From a virus: DNA of 34,780 nt. Position numbers and translations under genes: made by a program. Shown here one piece after another: positions 1-8,610 of this stretch. Position 1 is the first letter of the stretch. Every line of letters starts with the position of its first letter. Location of the stretch: the IMG/VR virus record IMGVR_UViG_3300044995_000220. One strand, 5' to 3'. Below the pieces are notes generated by a model. It ran no database searches. It saw only the letters and a list, made by a program, of their open reading frames with translations, and had not been told where the DNA came from.

Positions 1-77
1 GGGTGTTTTATAAAAACCCCACTAGAAAGGGGTAAAAGATCATGTAGCGGAACAACCCCCGCTACAAGGAGGCAACC

Positions 78-233
78 ATGGCAAAGAAGGCGAAGAAGTC
101 GAAGAAGGGTTCAAAGAAGATCATCCGAAAGTGCTCCATCACAAAATTGACGGTTTCGACTGGCCTAGGAGTCCTACTTGGAAACCTATTCCTGGAGGGA
201 TTGAAAGGCGTGGCTCAGGCTATTAGAGCCTGA
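78..233 (+). CDS. 51-aa micro-protein with Lys-rich N-terminus and hydrophobic/amphipathic C-terminal helix (MAKKAKKSKKGSKKIIRKCSITKLTVSTGLGVLLGNLFLEGLKGVAQAIRA)
   Basis: AGGAGG at 67-72, ATG at 78, TGA at 231-233, followed directly by a terminator; shorter than any ORF in the track. Confidence 0.8.
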   Translation: MAKKAKKSKKGSKKIIRKCSITKLTVSTGLGVLLGNLFLEGLKGVAQAIRA

Positions 234-236
234 GCC

Positions 237-262
237 AGGGGCCTTCGGGCCCTTCTTTTTTT
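237..262 (+). terminator. Rho-independent terminator
   Basis: AGGGGCC-TTCG-GGCCCTT stem with cUUCGg loop, then a T7 tract; a second 9-bp hairpin GGCTCAGGC/GCCTGAGCC at 212-236 spans the stop codon. Confidence 0.9.
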
Positions 263-299
263 GTGTTTTTTGGCTAATATATTTTGTTAGGAGTTTTTC

Positions 300-854
300 A
301 TGCGTTTGATTGATAGTATCAAGAATCACACTTTTGTTGCCGTTGGTGCTATGTTGCGCAACGTACTTAACGAGCTTCTTCCTATTGGACGAGCGTCGTT
401 GCACATCAAGCATCAGCGTGTACGTCGTAAAGGTACGCTTTACGTTATGGAGGATGTTGGTCCTGAGGAGAAGGTGTGGAATTTGATCACGAATGTGGGA
501 CGTGATTATTTGCACCTTCAGGGGTATGGTACGACTGGGCTTGGCACTAACGGTTTCAACTACATTGCATTGTCAAACGATCCTGTTACGGAGACAGCGT
601 CGTCTACTATGTTGTCTAATGAGATTACTGGCAACGGGCTTGGACGCGCACAAGGAACGTATGCGCATACAGCAGGGACAAATACGACTACTATTTCGCG
701 TGTTTTTACGGCTACGGGAAGCCAGAGTGTACAGAAGGCTGCCCTTTTTACGGCGCCTTCAGGTGGCATAATGAATCATGTGCTTGGTTTTACGCAGCGC
801 ACATTGATTAGCGGTGATACGTTGTCGCTTACGTTTACGATTACTTTGGGCTGA
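300..854 (+). CDS. virion structural protein, tail fibre/collar-type beta-rich domain
   Basis: AGGAG SD; NLITNVGRD..YIALS..LSNE..GLGRA..AALF..SGG..GDTL.LTFTIT pattern typical of small phage tail-associated proteins. Confidence 0.6.
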   Translation: MRLIDSIKNHTFVAVGAMLRNVLNELLPIGRASLHIKHQRVRRKGTLYVMEDVGPEEKVWNLITNVGRDYLHLQGYGTTGLGTNGFNYIALSNDPVTETASSTMLSNEITGNGLGRAQGTYAHTAGTNTTTISRVFTATGSQSVQKAALFTAPSGGIMNHVLGFTQRTLISGDTLSLTFTITLG

Positions 855-856
855 GT

Positions 857-1237
857 ATGGTAGTTCCTGAAGTTTATGGATTGTTTCACAAAGCTTATAG
901 CGATGTTTCTGCGGGCGTTGTGATGCCTGTAAGTAGGGGTGTGCTGATTCGCTGGGCAGACGGTGTAGTGGAGTATTCTGCGTGCCCCGACGTTACTGTT
1001 TTTATCAATAGCAGCTATGGCGAACAGTACATTTTACAACAACTTAAAGAAACTGAAGTTGCACGATACCGTATCAAAGAAATTGATTCAGGTGAAATGA
1101 AAGGATGGGCATTTAGTTTCAACAACGGTCAAGTTGTTATCGACTGGGCAGACAAAACGCTTGAAGTGTGGGATAAATTAGACGCTGCTTTGGCTCAGTA
1201 TTGTTTTCAATACACTTTTGATTGTTTAGATCGATGA
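857..1237 (+). CDS. hypothetical phage protein with a tandemly duplicated ~55-aa module
   Basis: GVVMPVSRGVLIRWAD and GWAFSFNNGQVVIDWAD; starts 2 nt after the upstream stop and has an ATGA overlap with the downstream gene. Confidence 0.6.
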   Translation: MVVPEVYGLFHKAYSDVSAGVVMPVSRGVLIRWADGVVEYSACPDVTVFINSSYGEQYILQQLKETEVARYRIKEIDSGEMKGWAFSFNNGQVVIDWADKTLEVWDKLDAALAQYCFQYTFDCLDR

Positions 1238-2364
1238 ACGTCGTTACTACGCAAAAGTCTCATTTCAATCCTTCGGCGATTGTTGCTACGCAGCTTGCGG
1301 CGATTGAAGCTGTTCGTGGAATCGATCGTCTATTGCCTATTTTGCACGGTAGGCGCGTAGTAGGAGTGACCTTTTCACCGCCTTGGTGGCTTTGTGTTAA
1401 GAAACTTGAGCTTTTTCCAGATGATGTGTTTTTCAAGCCGCTTGATATGAGCTTGGAGCAATATCAAAAGTGGGCGGCATTTACATCTTACGATTCAATT
1501 ATCAACGCGATCAGTACTAACGGTTCATTTTTCCCTGCTAAATTTGCAAAGGGAGCAACGACCGCACCTGTTGCTAATAATTGGTATGATCTTTGGCCGG
1601 TAGGTGGTGCACCTGTGTCAGGGGCGTATACGGGATCCGCGTTTACGTCACGACCGTTTTTCGATACGAATGTCGGTGCGCTGTTCCACGGAGGTAATCA
1701 GTCTCCAGCTACAAAGCACGTTGTTTCGATGGATGCGCGGGCAACAGCTGGAACGCCGACACTCATTTTGTACGATCGTGTGCTTACTTATGAGGCTTGT
1801 ACATTTAGTGCAGGCGTTAATCAGACTATGAACAATACTTTGGCTGCGCCACGTTACATTAGCAACGGGCAACCAGGGCTGAAAATTATGGTTACGTGCC
1901 AGACTGCATTTGGAACTACTGCTTCGAGTTTTACGCAGTTGCAGTACACGAACCAAGATGGTGTTGCGCTTAGGAATATGCCTGTAGCGTCGTTTAATTC
2001 CATTATTACTGGTGCAGCTGCGCCTTCTGCGACATTAGGAGCGCGAATCGTTTCTCCTAGTTTGTCGGGGGCTACCTTGACTCAAGGTCCTTTTATGCCG
2101 TTGGCTGCGGGAGATGGTGGTGTACGTTTGATTGCGAATTATACCACGTCTGCTGCAAACACGGGTACGATGGCTTTTGTGCTTGGAGCGCCTCTTGCTA
2201 CGATTCCTATTCAACTTGCAGGAGTTACGACAATGATTGATTTAGTGCAGCAGTTGGTTGGGTTGCCTCAAGTATTTGATGGTGCATGTCTTACATTTTT
2301 GGCTTTTTTCCCTACTGCTACAGCTACGACACTTGATGGTACTGTCAACGTTGCGTGGGGTTAA
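1234..2364 (+). CDS. virion structural protein (T/A/G-rich, fibre-associated family)
   Basis: ATGA overlap at 1234-1237; motifs GGNQSPATKH, LYDRVL, PRY..G, YTNQDG, GPFMPLAAGDGGVR, LPQVFDGACL as seen in phage fibre-region proteins. Confidence 0.6.
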   Translation: MNVVTTQKSHFNPSAIVATQLAAIEAVRGIDRLLPILHGRRVVGVTFSPPWWLCVKKLELFPDDVFFKPLDMSLEQYQKWAAFTSYDSIINAISTNGSFFPAKFAKGATTAPVANNWYDLWPVGGAPVSGAYTGSAFTSRPFFDTNVGALFHGGNQSPATKHVVSMDARATAGTPTLILYDRVLTYEACTFSAGVNQTMNNTLAAPRYISNGQPGLKIMVTCQTAFGTTASSFTQLQYTNQDGVALRNMPVASFNSIITGAAAPSATLGARIVSPSLSGATLTQGPFMPLAAGDGGVRLIANYTTSAANTGTMAFVLGAPLATIPIQLAGVTTMIDLVQQLVGLPQVFDGACLTFLAFFPTATATTLDGTVNVAWG

Positions 2365-2366
2365 TC

Positions 2367-3215
2367 GTGCCTTTTGTACGTGGTTATCCTGGTGGCACGA
2401 ATATACTTTCATTTGAAAGGGGGTTTGTTGGTTGGACTGAGCGAAGAGGTTGGATGTTTCTTGGTACGCAGGGTATTCCTGCGTTTAGTACGTATAAGTA
2501 TCGATTACCTCTTCAGTCTCTTAGTTCGACGTCGTATGATCAGACAGTCAATGAGACGTTATTGTTGGGGGAAGCGCTGACTGCAAATTTTGTATGCATG
2601 CAGAGTGGGGTTGAAACAGTATTTAGCGATGAATCGCTGACGTCGATGTTTGCTGCTACAGAGTTTGTAAATTTTGCTGTTGCGGGCACAGAGACGATAA
2701 AAGTTGCAGTTCAACACTTTGAAATTGTAAATGAGGTCGTTTTTCTTTTAGAGGCTATTTCAGACATATATACGGCACAACTAGATTTGTTGGATAGCGT
2801 ATTGATCAGTGGGTCGTTGATTGCTAGTCTCGGAAAGTTTGTGCCGCTTTCTGAGATTGCTTCCCTTTCAGAGGTTATTTTAGCGCTTTACACTATACAA
2901 GAGGGGCTGTCAGAGAGTGTAATAGTTAGCCAAGATTTGGTAGCCGCTTTAGAAGCGTTTGTTTCACTTTCTGAAGTTGAACTGTTTTCAGAATTGCTTT
3001 CGGAGTTTTACGAAGCGAAAGCGTATTTACCAGAGAGTGTGTTAGTCGATTCAGTACTAGTAACTACTCTTGAAACATCTATTTTGCTTTTTGAAATTGC
3101 TTCATTTGTGGAGTCGTTTTCGTCGTTTTATGAAGCACAACTAAATTTGATGGAGATGTTTTTAGTTGGGGGGGGAATTGGCAGATACTCTTGGAACGTT
3201 CGTTTCGTCTTTTGA
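2367..3215 (+). CDS. repeat-rich fibre/appendage-like protein, N-terminal part (frameshifted at G8, 3168-3175)
   Basis: GTG 2 nt after the upstream TAA (track start 2355); 20/40-aa L.E....S..L repeats stop at the G8 tract and continue in the +1 frame. Confidence 0.65.
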   Translation: MPFVRGYPGGTNILSFERGFVGWTERRGWMFLGTQGIPAFSTYKYRLPLQSLSSTSYDQTVNETLLLGEALTANFVCMQSGVETVFSDESLTSMFAATEFVNFAVAGTETIKVAVQHFEIVNEVVFLLEAISDIYTAQLDLLDSVLISGSLIASLGKFVPLSEIASLSEVILALYTIQEGLSESVIVSQDLVAALEAFVSLSEVELFSELLSEFYEAKAYLPESVLVDSVLVTTLETSILLFEIASFVESFSSFYEAQLNLMEMFLVGGGIGRYSWNVRFVF

Positions 3216-4278
3216 GATTGTCTCGCTTGTGGATTCGCTTCTATCGTTTTACGAGGTATATGCAAATTTGTCGGAAAGCGTAGCGGTTGATGGAGAATTG
3301 ACGGGCGGGATTGGAACGTTTGTTCCGCTTTCTGAGCTTGCTTTGTTTTCGGAAAGTTTGGCTGAAAGTTTTTCGTACCTTTTGGGTTTACCGGATACTG
3401 TAAGCGTATCGGAATTGCTTGGAGCAGCGCGTGGCATCACAGCTGTGTTCTCTGAGACATCCGTGCTAGGGGAGCTGCTTATGGCGATCGCTGCTCGCTT
3501 TGCATTTGTTTCGGAGACAGCAAGTGGATCTGAATTGCTTTCAGTTTTTAGGAATACTCTGGCTTTTTTGACTGAAACAAGTCAATCAGTAGTTGATCAA
3601 CTTGCTGCTTCGAGGGGTGTTGCGTTTTCGCTTTCTGCGTTAGTGCCTTATTCTGCTGGATCGATTGCGGAAACGCAAGGAGTTGTTGTGGGTCTCAATG
3701 CGCACGCTGGTATTGTTGAGAATCTGTCTACTGTGTTTGTTGGTCTTCAGTCGCTTACAGACATAGTTTCCTTTGCGGAAAACGCATTTGTGTCGCGTGG
3801 CGTTTCTATTTTGTTGAATACTACTGTAGGCGCGACAGAAACGCTGGGCACGCAATTAGTTGCCTCTCTAGTGTTGATAGAGTTTTTGCCTTATGCCACA
3901 GGATTGAGCGCGTCAGTTGGTATCTCTGCGTCTGTGGCGGACGTTTTGTTTTTGTCTGATCTTTCGGTTGCTAAATTTACAGCAAAGACGTCGTTGTTAG
4001 AATTAGTGCCTGTTGCTGGATCCTTGGCAACAGTTTTTGATGGTACTCAGTTTTTGGCTGAGGTTATCGGGTCAAGTTCAAGGCTTGATACGCGTTTCGC
4101 GGTCACTGTTGCGTTTCCTGTGGGCATTGGATGGTATGTAAACGTGGATGGATTTGGTTTGCGGTCTTCAACAACGCGAAAGTTTGATTCAGGCGAAGTT
4201 CCACTACGTACAAGTGGAGAGAATTTGACTTCGCCTATTTTCAAAAAGCCAATTCGCAAACTAAAGGATGGTGTGTGA
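3166..4278 (+). CDS. repeat-rich fibre/appendage-like protein, C-terminal part
   Basis: same repeat in register with the upstream ORF; only a TTG start without SD, so probably not independently initiated. Confidence 0.65.
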   Translation: MGGELADTLGTFVSSFEIVSLVDSLLSFYEVYANLSESVAVDGELTGGIGTFVPLSELALFSESLAESFSYLLGLPDTVSVSELLGAARGITAVFSETSVLGELLMAIAARFAFVSETASGSELLSVFRNTLAFLTETSQSVVDQLAASRGVAFSLSALVPYSAGSIAETQGVVVGLNAHAGIVENLSTVFVGLQSLTDIVSFAENAFVSRGVSILLNTTVGATETLGTQLVASLVLIEFLPYATGLSASVGISASVADVLFLSDLSVAKFTAKTSLLELVPVAGSLATVFDGTQFLAEVIGSSSRLDTRFAVTVAFPVGIGWYVNVDGFGLRSSTTRKFDSGEVPLRTSGENLTSPIFKKPIRKLKDGV

Positions 4279-4832
4279 TGTCTACAGGTGTCCGTATTTA
4301 CTGGGAAGCTGATACTGATCCAGATGTGCAAAATTATGAGATCCGTAGAGGGCCACGAACTGGACAACCTCTTGTTTTAGTGCAAGTGGTCCCTCACCTC
4401 ATTCCTGGGCCTAATTGGTCTCCGGTGAAGAATCGTTTCTTTTTTGATGATGTGCAAGGTGGACCTGACAACGTTTATCAAGTTACTGCTGTATCTTCTG
4501 GAGGCGTTGCGATTGGGCAAACAGATGTCTTTACACCATTTGGTCCGACTGCGGCAACGCCGATGAAAGTCGCAGTTGATCACAACTACGGAGGCGTAGA
4601 CGCGCTTCGTTTTGTGACGGAGAGCGGTGTTGGCATTCCGGATGCCGATATCCGTGTGTATACCAAGCCTGATTATGACGCCGGGCGATTTGCCGCACCT
4701 GTTTACGTCGTACAGACTGATGAACAAGGACGATGGCGCCGACCTGCGTTTCTGGACGCAGGCATGGATTATGTGGTGTTGATGGAAAAACGCGGTGCTT
4801 ACGTTAGTAAGCCTACGCAGATCACTGTTTAG
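4278..4832 (+). CDS. virion structural protein with FN3-like N-terminus and beta-sandwich C-terminus
   Basis: TGATG coupling; W..D.DPDV..YEI.R and YQVTAV (FN3-like); VDHNYGG.DALR..TDEQGRW..LDAG. Confidence 0.55.
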   Translation: MSTGVRIYWEADTDPDVQNYEIRRGPRTGQPLVLVQVVPHLIPGPNWSPVKNRFFFDDVQGGPDNVYQVTAVSSGGVAIGQTDVFTPFGPTAATPMKVAVDHNYGGVDALRFVTESGVGIPDADIRVYTKPDYDAGRFAAPVYVVQTDEQGRWRRPAFLDAGMDYVVLMEKRGAYVSKPTQITV

Positions 4833-4905
4833 TTCTTGACAACGTATTGGATCCCTTTTATTTGGGGGCGTTTGACTGTATCTTACTTAACTAGGAGGTT
4901 TTCAT

Positions 4906-5103
4906 ATGATTGGACTCAAGATTCAACTTCGGATTGGTTCGAACGTTTACTCGATCTCTAAGGTTGGAGACAAAGTTACGTATTGGTCTCTATCCCCTAA
5001 CAGTAAGCTCAGGAGGCGGGTTGCTAGTAAAGTGGAAGACCCTGCTACGTTGAAGATCCTTCAGCGTATTTATGCCAAGATTAAAAAGGCAGTTACAGTT
5101 TGA
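4906..5103 (+). CDS. small basic hypothetical protein (65 aa)
   Basis: AGGAGG at 4893-4898. Confidence 0.7.
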   Translation: MIGLKIQLRIGSNVYSISKVGDKVTYWSLSPNSKLRRRVASKVEDPATLKILQRIYAKIKKAVTV

Positions 5104-5139
5104 AAATTTTGCGTAAAGCGTGGTAAAAGTGTGTGTTCT

Positions 5140-5185
5140 CGTGTGTGGCTTGTGGGCATGGGGCTCATAAGCCACACACGTTTTT
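5140..5185 (+). terminator. 18-bp hairpin followed by T5 (terminator or leader hairpin)
   Basis: CGTGTGTGGCTTGTGGGC / GCTCATAAGCCACACACG with two G-U pairs, then TTTTT. Confidence 0.65.
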
Positions 5186-5203
5186 AAAGGGAAGGTGAAA
5201 ACT

Positions 5204-5911
5204 ATGACAAAATGGAACCGTAACGGTCGTTCAAAAGTTCATGAGGTATATGATTTGCCTCAGCTTGTTGGGACTGAAAAGCAAGTTCCGTGGGCCAACG
5301 ATATTCGCGAAAGAATTGTTCAGACGATTCTTTCACTTTCAGCTGGTGCGCTGTCTGGGGCGTTTTATGAGCAAGACATTTTGCTCGGTCTCCATTGGAG
5401 TAACCGCAATGGCGAAGGAGCTGCTGCGGTGAGAAAGACACTACTGTCCGCTGTACGGGGACTTACAGATGCCCAGTGGTGGATTGATCACCGGCGTGGG
5501 TCTTTTGGTCGAAGGGCTGGAACTGCTGTTGAGTCCCTTTGTTGGAAAGCGGTTGAGAATGAAACGACTCGCAATGAGTTTGCGGAGGCTGTTGCACGTT
5601 GCCTTTTCGACTCAGCCGCTTCTTTTCAAGATAAGTTTGAGAGCGCAGTTACATTGAAAAAATTTGACACGTTTATTCATGCACCTGTGCTTTGGCATGA
5701 TACTGAGAAGTCAGCCTGGAAAGACACTGAGCATATGTTTATTGCACTGTTTTTATCGCGTGTGTTCGCGACGTTACGTAAGTTGGGAATGCCCTCTGAT
5801 ATTCTGAGGTCTATTTTTCCAAGGGAAAAAGACATTGCAAATTTTCGTGCTGCGGCTGCTCGTGGTGGTGTTGATTTCGACACTGGCGACGCGCTTGTAG
5901 CACTTGCGTGA
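5204..5911 (+). CDS. conserved phage hypothetical protein (LP.L.G.EKQ..WA..IR / A.WWID.R type)
   Basis: LPQLVGTEKQVPWANDIR and AQWWIDHR; purine-rich SD before ATG 5204 (alternative GTG 5195). Confidence 0.7.
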   Translation: MTKWNRNGRSKVHEVYDLPQLVGTEKQVPWANDIRERIVQTILSLSAGALSGAFYEQDILLGLHWSNRNGEGAAAVRKTLLSAVRGLTDAQWWIDHRRGSFGRRAGTAVESLCWKAVENETTRNEFAEAVARCLFDSAASFQDKFESAVTLKKFDTFIHAPVLWHDTEKSAWKDTEHMFIALFLSRVFATLRKLGMPSDILRSIFPREKDIANFRAAAARGGVDFDTGDALVALA

Positions 5912-5940
5912 TTATTTATTGATGAAAAAGGAGGTCGAAC

Positions 5941-6108
5941 ATGAACTACGCCTTTGCCAGTGCTGTTCTTACTGCTATCGCTAGCGCTGTTGCTGGCAGT
6001 ATTGTTGATGCTGTTATTAGCGTTACTGCCGGCGCTATCGCTGGTGCCATTGCCGGGGCTGTTGTCGGTTATGTTGCCGCTCGCGTAAGAAGGAAGATGT
6101 GGTGGTGA
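5941..6108 (+). CDS. 55-aa glycine-zipper membrane micro-protein (MNYAFASAVLTAIASAVAGSIVDAVISVTAGAIAGAIAGAVVGYVAARVRRKMWW)
   Basis: AGGAGG just upstream of ATG 5941; TGA at 6106-6108; GxxxGxxxGxxxG zipper and basic/Trp tail; not in the ORF track. Confidence 0.8.
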   Translation: MNYAFASAVLTAIASAVAGSIVDAVISVTAGAIAGAIAGAVVGYVAARVRRKMWW

Positions 6109-6182
6109 CTTGATGTAACAGCCTACGGTACTTAGCGTCATTAGTTGCGCTTTTATGAGCGCAAGGGGGATTTTCACTGATT

Positions 6183-6236
6183 AAACCGCGCACGCCGGTT
6201 AGTTCTAACAAAGACTAACTGGCGTGCGCGGTTTTT
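6183..6236. terminator. 22-bp stem, probably a bidirectional terminator
   Basis: AAACCGCGCACGCCGGTTAGTT / GACTAACTGGCGTGCGCGGTTT, ending in a T tract. Confidence 0.85.
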
Positions 6237-6279
6237 GTTCTTACGCCGTAAAACCACTCTAACATGGAGGACGAACGTA

Positions 6280-6759
6280 ATGCGCAACAAAAAGATCGTC
6301 TACATTATGCGTGGAATTCCGGGGTCAGGGAAATCTACGCTTGCTAAATCTATGGCAAGTAAAGGCGGTAACATCGTTTCAGCTGATGACTATTTCGTAG
6401 TTGATGGGGTATACCGCTTTGACGCTTCCAAGCTAAGCGAAGCGCACAGTTCGTGTATGCGACGGGCGATTGAGCACGTACAGAGCAAGGTTGAAACCCC
6501 GTTGTTTGTTGACAATACAAACATTCACAACGTTGAAATTGCTCCGTATGTGCTTCTCGCTCAATCCTTTGGATATACTCCAAAGATTTTGACGTTGTAC
6601 ACCGAAGACGTGTCTTTTGCTCGTAGGTGCGCTGAGCGCAACACGCATGGTGTGCCGATTGAGAAGGTCATGGTGATGTACGAGCGTCTTCGGTTGGAGT
6701 TGCCAAAGACACCGCCGTGGTGGGATCAGCAAATTCTAACGCCAAAGGAGGTTGCGTGA
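6280..6759 (+). CDS. P-loop kinase, AAA_33/N4BP2-like polynucleotide kinase family
   Basis: Walker A MRGIPGSGKST; SADDYF, AH..C, VDNTN, RNTHGVP; GGAGG SD before ATG 6280. Confidence 0.88.
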   Translation: MRNKKIVYIMRGIPGSGKSTLAKSMASKGGNIVSADDYFVVDGVYRFDASKLSEAHSSCMRRAIEHVQSKVETPLFVDNTNIHNVEIAPYVLLAQSFGYTPKILTLYTEDVSFARRCAERNTHGVPIEKVMVMYERLRLELPKTPPWWDQQILTPKEVA

Positions 6760-7460
6760 TGGATATCGTGAAGGCATTTCGACACAACGACAAGTTAGTT
6801 TGTATTCGCGTCGATCCAAATCCTCTTGATCCGCGAAAGGAGTTTAGTAATGCGGGCATTTTCTGGACGTGGCATAATCGGTATTGTATTGGGGACGCGG
6901 ATGAAGTGACGCGTTATGGGAAGACGTTTTACAAGGCAGATTTTGATCCGGGTAAGTTCCGTAGTTTTCGTGATCTCATTAATGCTATTTACGGGAGGCA
7001 CGTCCCAGTAGCATTGCTCCCCGTTTATCTCAAGGATCATGGGAGTCTGTCTCTTTCGGTGTATGATTTTCATGATCCGTGGGATTCAGGACAAGTCGGC
7101 GTGATTTGGTTTCCACGAGAGGGTCTTGCAGACCTTGGTTATAAGCGCGCTACTGATCGAGCTTGCGCAAAAGCTCGGGAGTTGTTAAAGGCTGAGATCG
7201 AAGTGCAAAATGCGTACATATCAGGCGATGTTTATGGCTGGGAAATGTACGCGATGCGCGAAAATAGCAAAACTGAATTACTTGATTCATGTTGGGGGTA
7301 CTACGGAAATTCACAAATACCGTACATGTTAGAATGCGCTTTAGGTAGTTCTGAAGCTGCGTCAGCAGCGGTGGAGCTTACTGATCGTGAGATACGTAAA
7401 CTAGAGCTTGAATGGGAGCTTGAAGCATTGAAGAAAGGGGCAGAAAATGGCTCTGTTTGA
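6759..7460 (+). CDS. conserved phage/mobile-element hypothetical protein
   Basis: AAGGAGG SD, TGATG coupling; motifs DPR, H.RY..GD, LPVY..DH, WDSGQVG, Y..GDVYG, DSCWGYYG. Confidence 0.75.
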   Translation: MDIVKAFRHNDKLVCIRVDPNPLDPRKEFSNAGIFWTWHNRYCIGDADEVTRYGKTFYKADFDPGKFRSFRDLINAIYGRHVPVALLPVYLKDHGSLSLSVYDFHDPWDSGQVGVIWFPREGLADLGYKRATDRACAKARELLKAEIEVQNAYISGDVYGWEMYAMRENSKTELLDSCWGYYGNSQIPYMLECALGSSEAASAAVELTDREIRKLELEWELEALKKGAENGSV

Positions 7461-7761
7461 GATCAAAATTCAAATGGCATTCGACAGTATTTATGCTCCA
7501 TCGTGGAATGGGCAGCGCAGTCTAGCGCACGAAAACCGTGTGCTAGACGCCGTCGAACGTGAGATTCGGCGTCGTATTAGGCCGATTCTTGATACAAATG
7601 ATTCTGCCTTGCTTGTTGTTGAAGCAGGACAAAGTTTTGCTGTTAGTGTTACTTGTGATGGTCCCGGCGTGACAGGTGGAACGTTGAGGGACCTTGTAGA
7701 TACTGTGTGCGCCGCAATGAATGACGGCGCTGCGTTAGAACTTACGAATGCGTTACATTGA
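7447..7761 (+). CDS. hypothetical protein
   Basis: overlaps the upstream stop, AAGGGG SD, ends before a terminator. Confidence 0.6.
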   Translation: MALFEIKIQMAFDSIYAPSWNGQRSLAHENRVLDAVEREIRRRIRPILDTNDSALLVVEAGQSFAVSVTCDGPGVTGGTLRDLVDTVCAAMNDGAALELTNALH

Positions 7762-7764
7762 CGT

Positions 7765-7814
7765 AGTCGGCGTTTGTTGAGGGCGTAGGGTCTTGACAGA
7801 CGCCGACTTTTTTT
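7765..7814 (+). terminator. Rho-independent terminator closing the accessory island
   Basis: AGTCGGCGTTTGTTGAG / CTTGACAGACGCCGACT followed by a T tract. Confidence 0.85.
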
Positions 7815-7839
7815 GGCCATTACGACGTATAATTTGGTT

Positions 7840-8610
7840 ATGAGTACTTTCCGCTTTATCGACGCAGGTACGTACTGTCTCCAACAGACTGTTTCGGGGA
7901 CGGGCGTGTTTAGCGGCGTGCGGCTTGGTTACGCTGTTTATAGCTATAACATGGGAGGCGCGCAGTTTGACGTGCGTTTCCCACATATTGGTACGGATGG
8001 AAACGCATACAAGTTTCAAATGGATGCGCCACCTAATGGGGTTGTTGTACCGAATACGACGGCGGTTTTTGATAAATCCTCCAAGACGTTGCGGGTGCAG
8101 TTGCGTGGTAGCACGGGAGCTATTGCGTCTACAGCACAGGAAGTGGTCGATGCGATCAACGGAATGGAGCGACCGATTTATGGCGCAGCGCTTGTCGCAA
8201 ATGCGGTAATTCCTGCTGGTCTTGCGCCGGTGAGCCTTGTTGGGGGCCTTGACCCCGATCTTTCTGCTGGCTATGCGTTTCCGAAGCTTACGCCGCTTGC
8301 TAACACGAACGGCGGTCTCTTTTATTTTGATCAGAATCGTCCTTGGAAGATTCAAACTGTGGGCGGTTCGTTTGTTTCTGACACTTCATTCAAGGTGTCC
8401 ATTGTCAATGTTGATAAAGCGCTAAGAGTCATCGGGACGGCTGCTGTGGTATTGACGTCGCAAAACCTTACGTCTCCGTGGCAACCAACTGGCACTCGTA
8501 TTGATGTGCCTATTATGCCGGGTCAAGCTGTGCAGGTCACTGCTAATACTCAGGGTACGGTTTTTGTGACGGCCACTCCTTTTACTTCGATGAACAGTTT
8601 TTCCTCTTGA
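7840..8610 (+). CDS. virion structural protein, paralogue of 10799..11596
   Basis: shared Q.TVSGTG.F.G, TA.EV..A(I/V)N, GG.DP, N.G, PGQ.(V/I).VT; TATAAT 6 nt before ATG 7840. Confidence 0.65.
   Translation: MSTFRFIDAGTYCLQQTVSGTGVFSGVRLGYAVYSYNMGGAQFDVRFPHIGTDGNAYKFQMDAPPNGVVVPNTTAVFDKSSKTLRVQLRGSTGAIASTAQEVVDAINGMERPIYGAALVANAVIPAGLAPVSLVGGLDPDLSAGYAFPKLTPLANTNGGLFYFDQNRPWKIQTVGGSFVSDTSFKVSIVNVDKALRVIGTAAVVLTSQNLTSPWQPTGTRIDVPIMPGQAVQVTANTQGTVFVTATPFTSMNSFSS

Noticed and set aside
2367-4278. Tape measure protein or diversity-generating retroelement target
   Set aside because: Repeats are acidic/hydrophobic 20/40-mers rather than TMP-like; no reverse transcriptase or adenine-variable repeat pair was seen.
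4836-4864. TTGACA at 4836 (and at 7794) as sigma70 -35 boxes
   Set aside because: No good -10 at 16-18 nt spacing; the 7794 copy is part of a terminator stem.
5677-6177. 166-aa Ser/Asn-rich minus-strand ORF
   Set aside because: Antisense shadow of the SD-led 5941..6108 peptide and 5204..5911.
7753-8355. 200-aa Arg-rich minus-strand ORF and the many other nested track ORFs
   Set aside because: They overlap better-supported genes and have no recognisable motifs or start signals.
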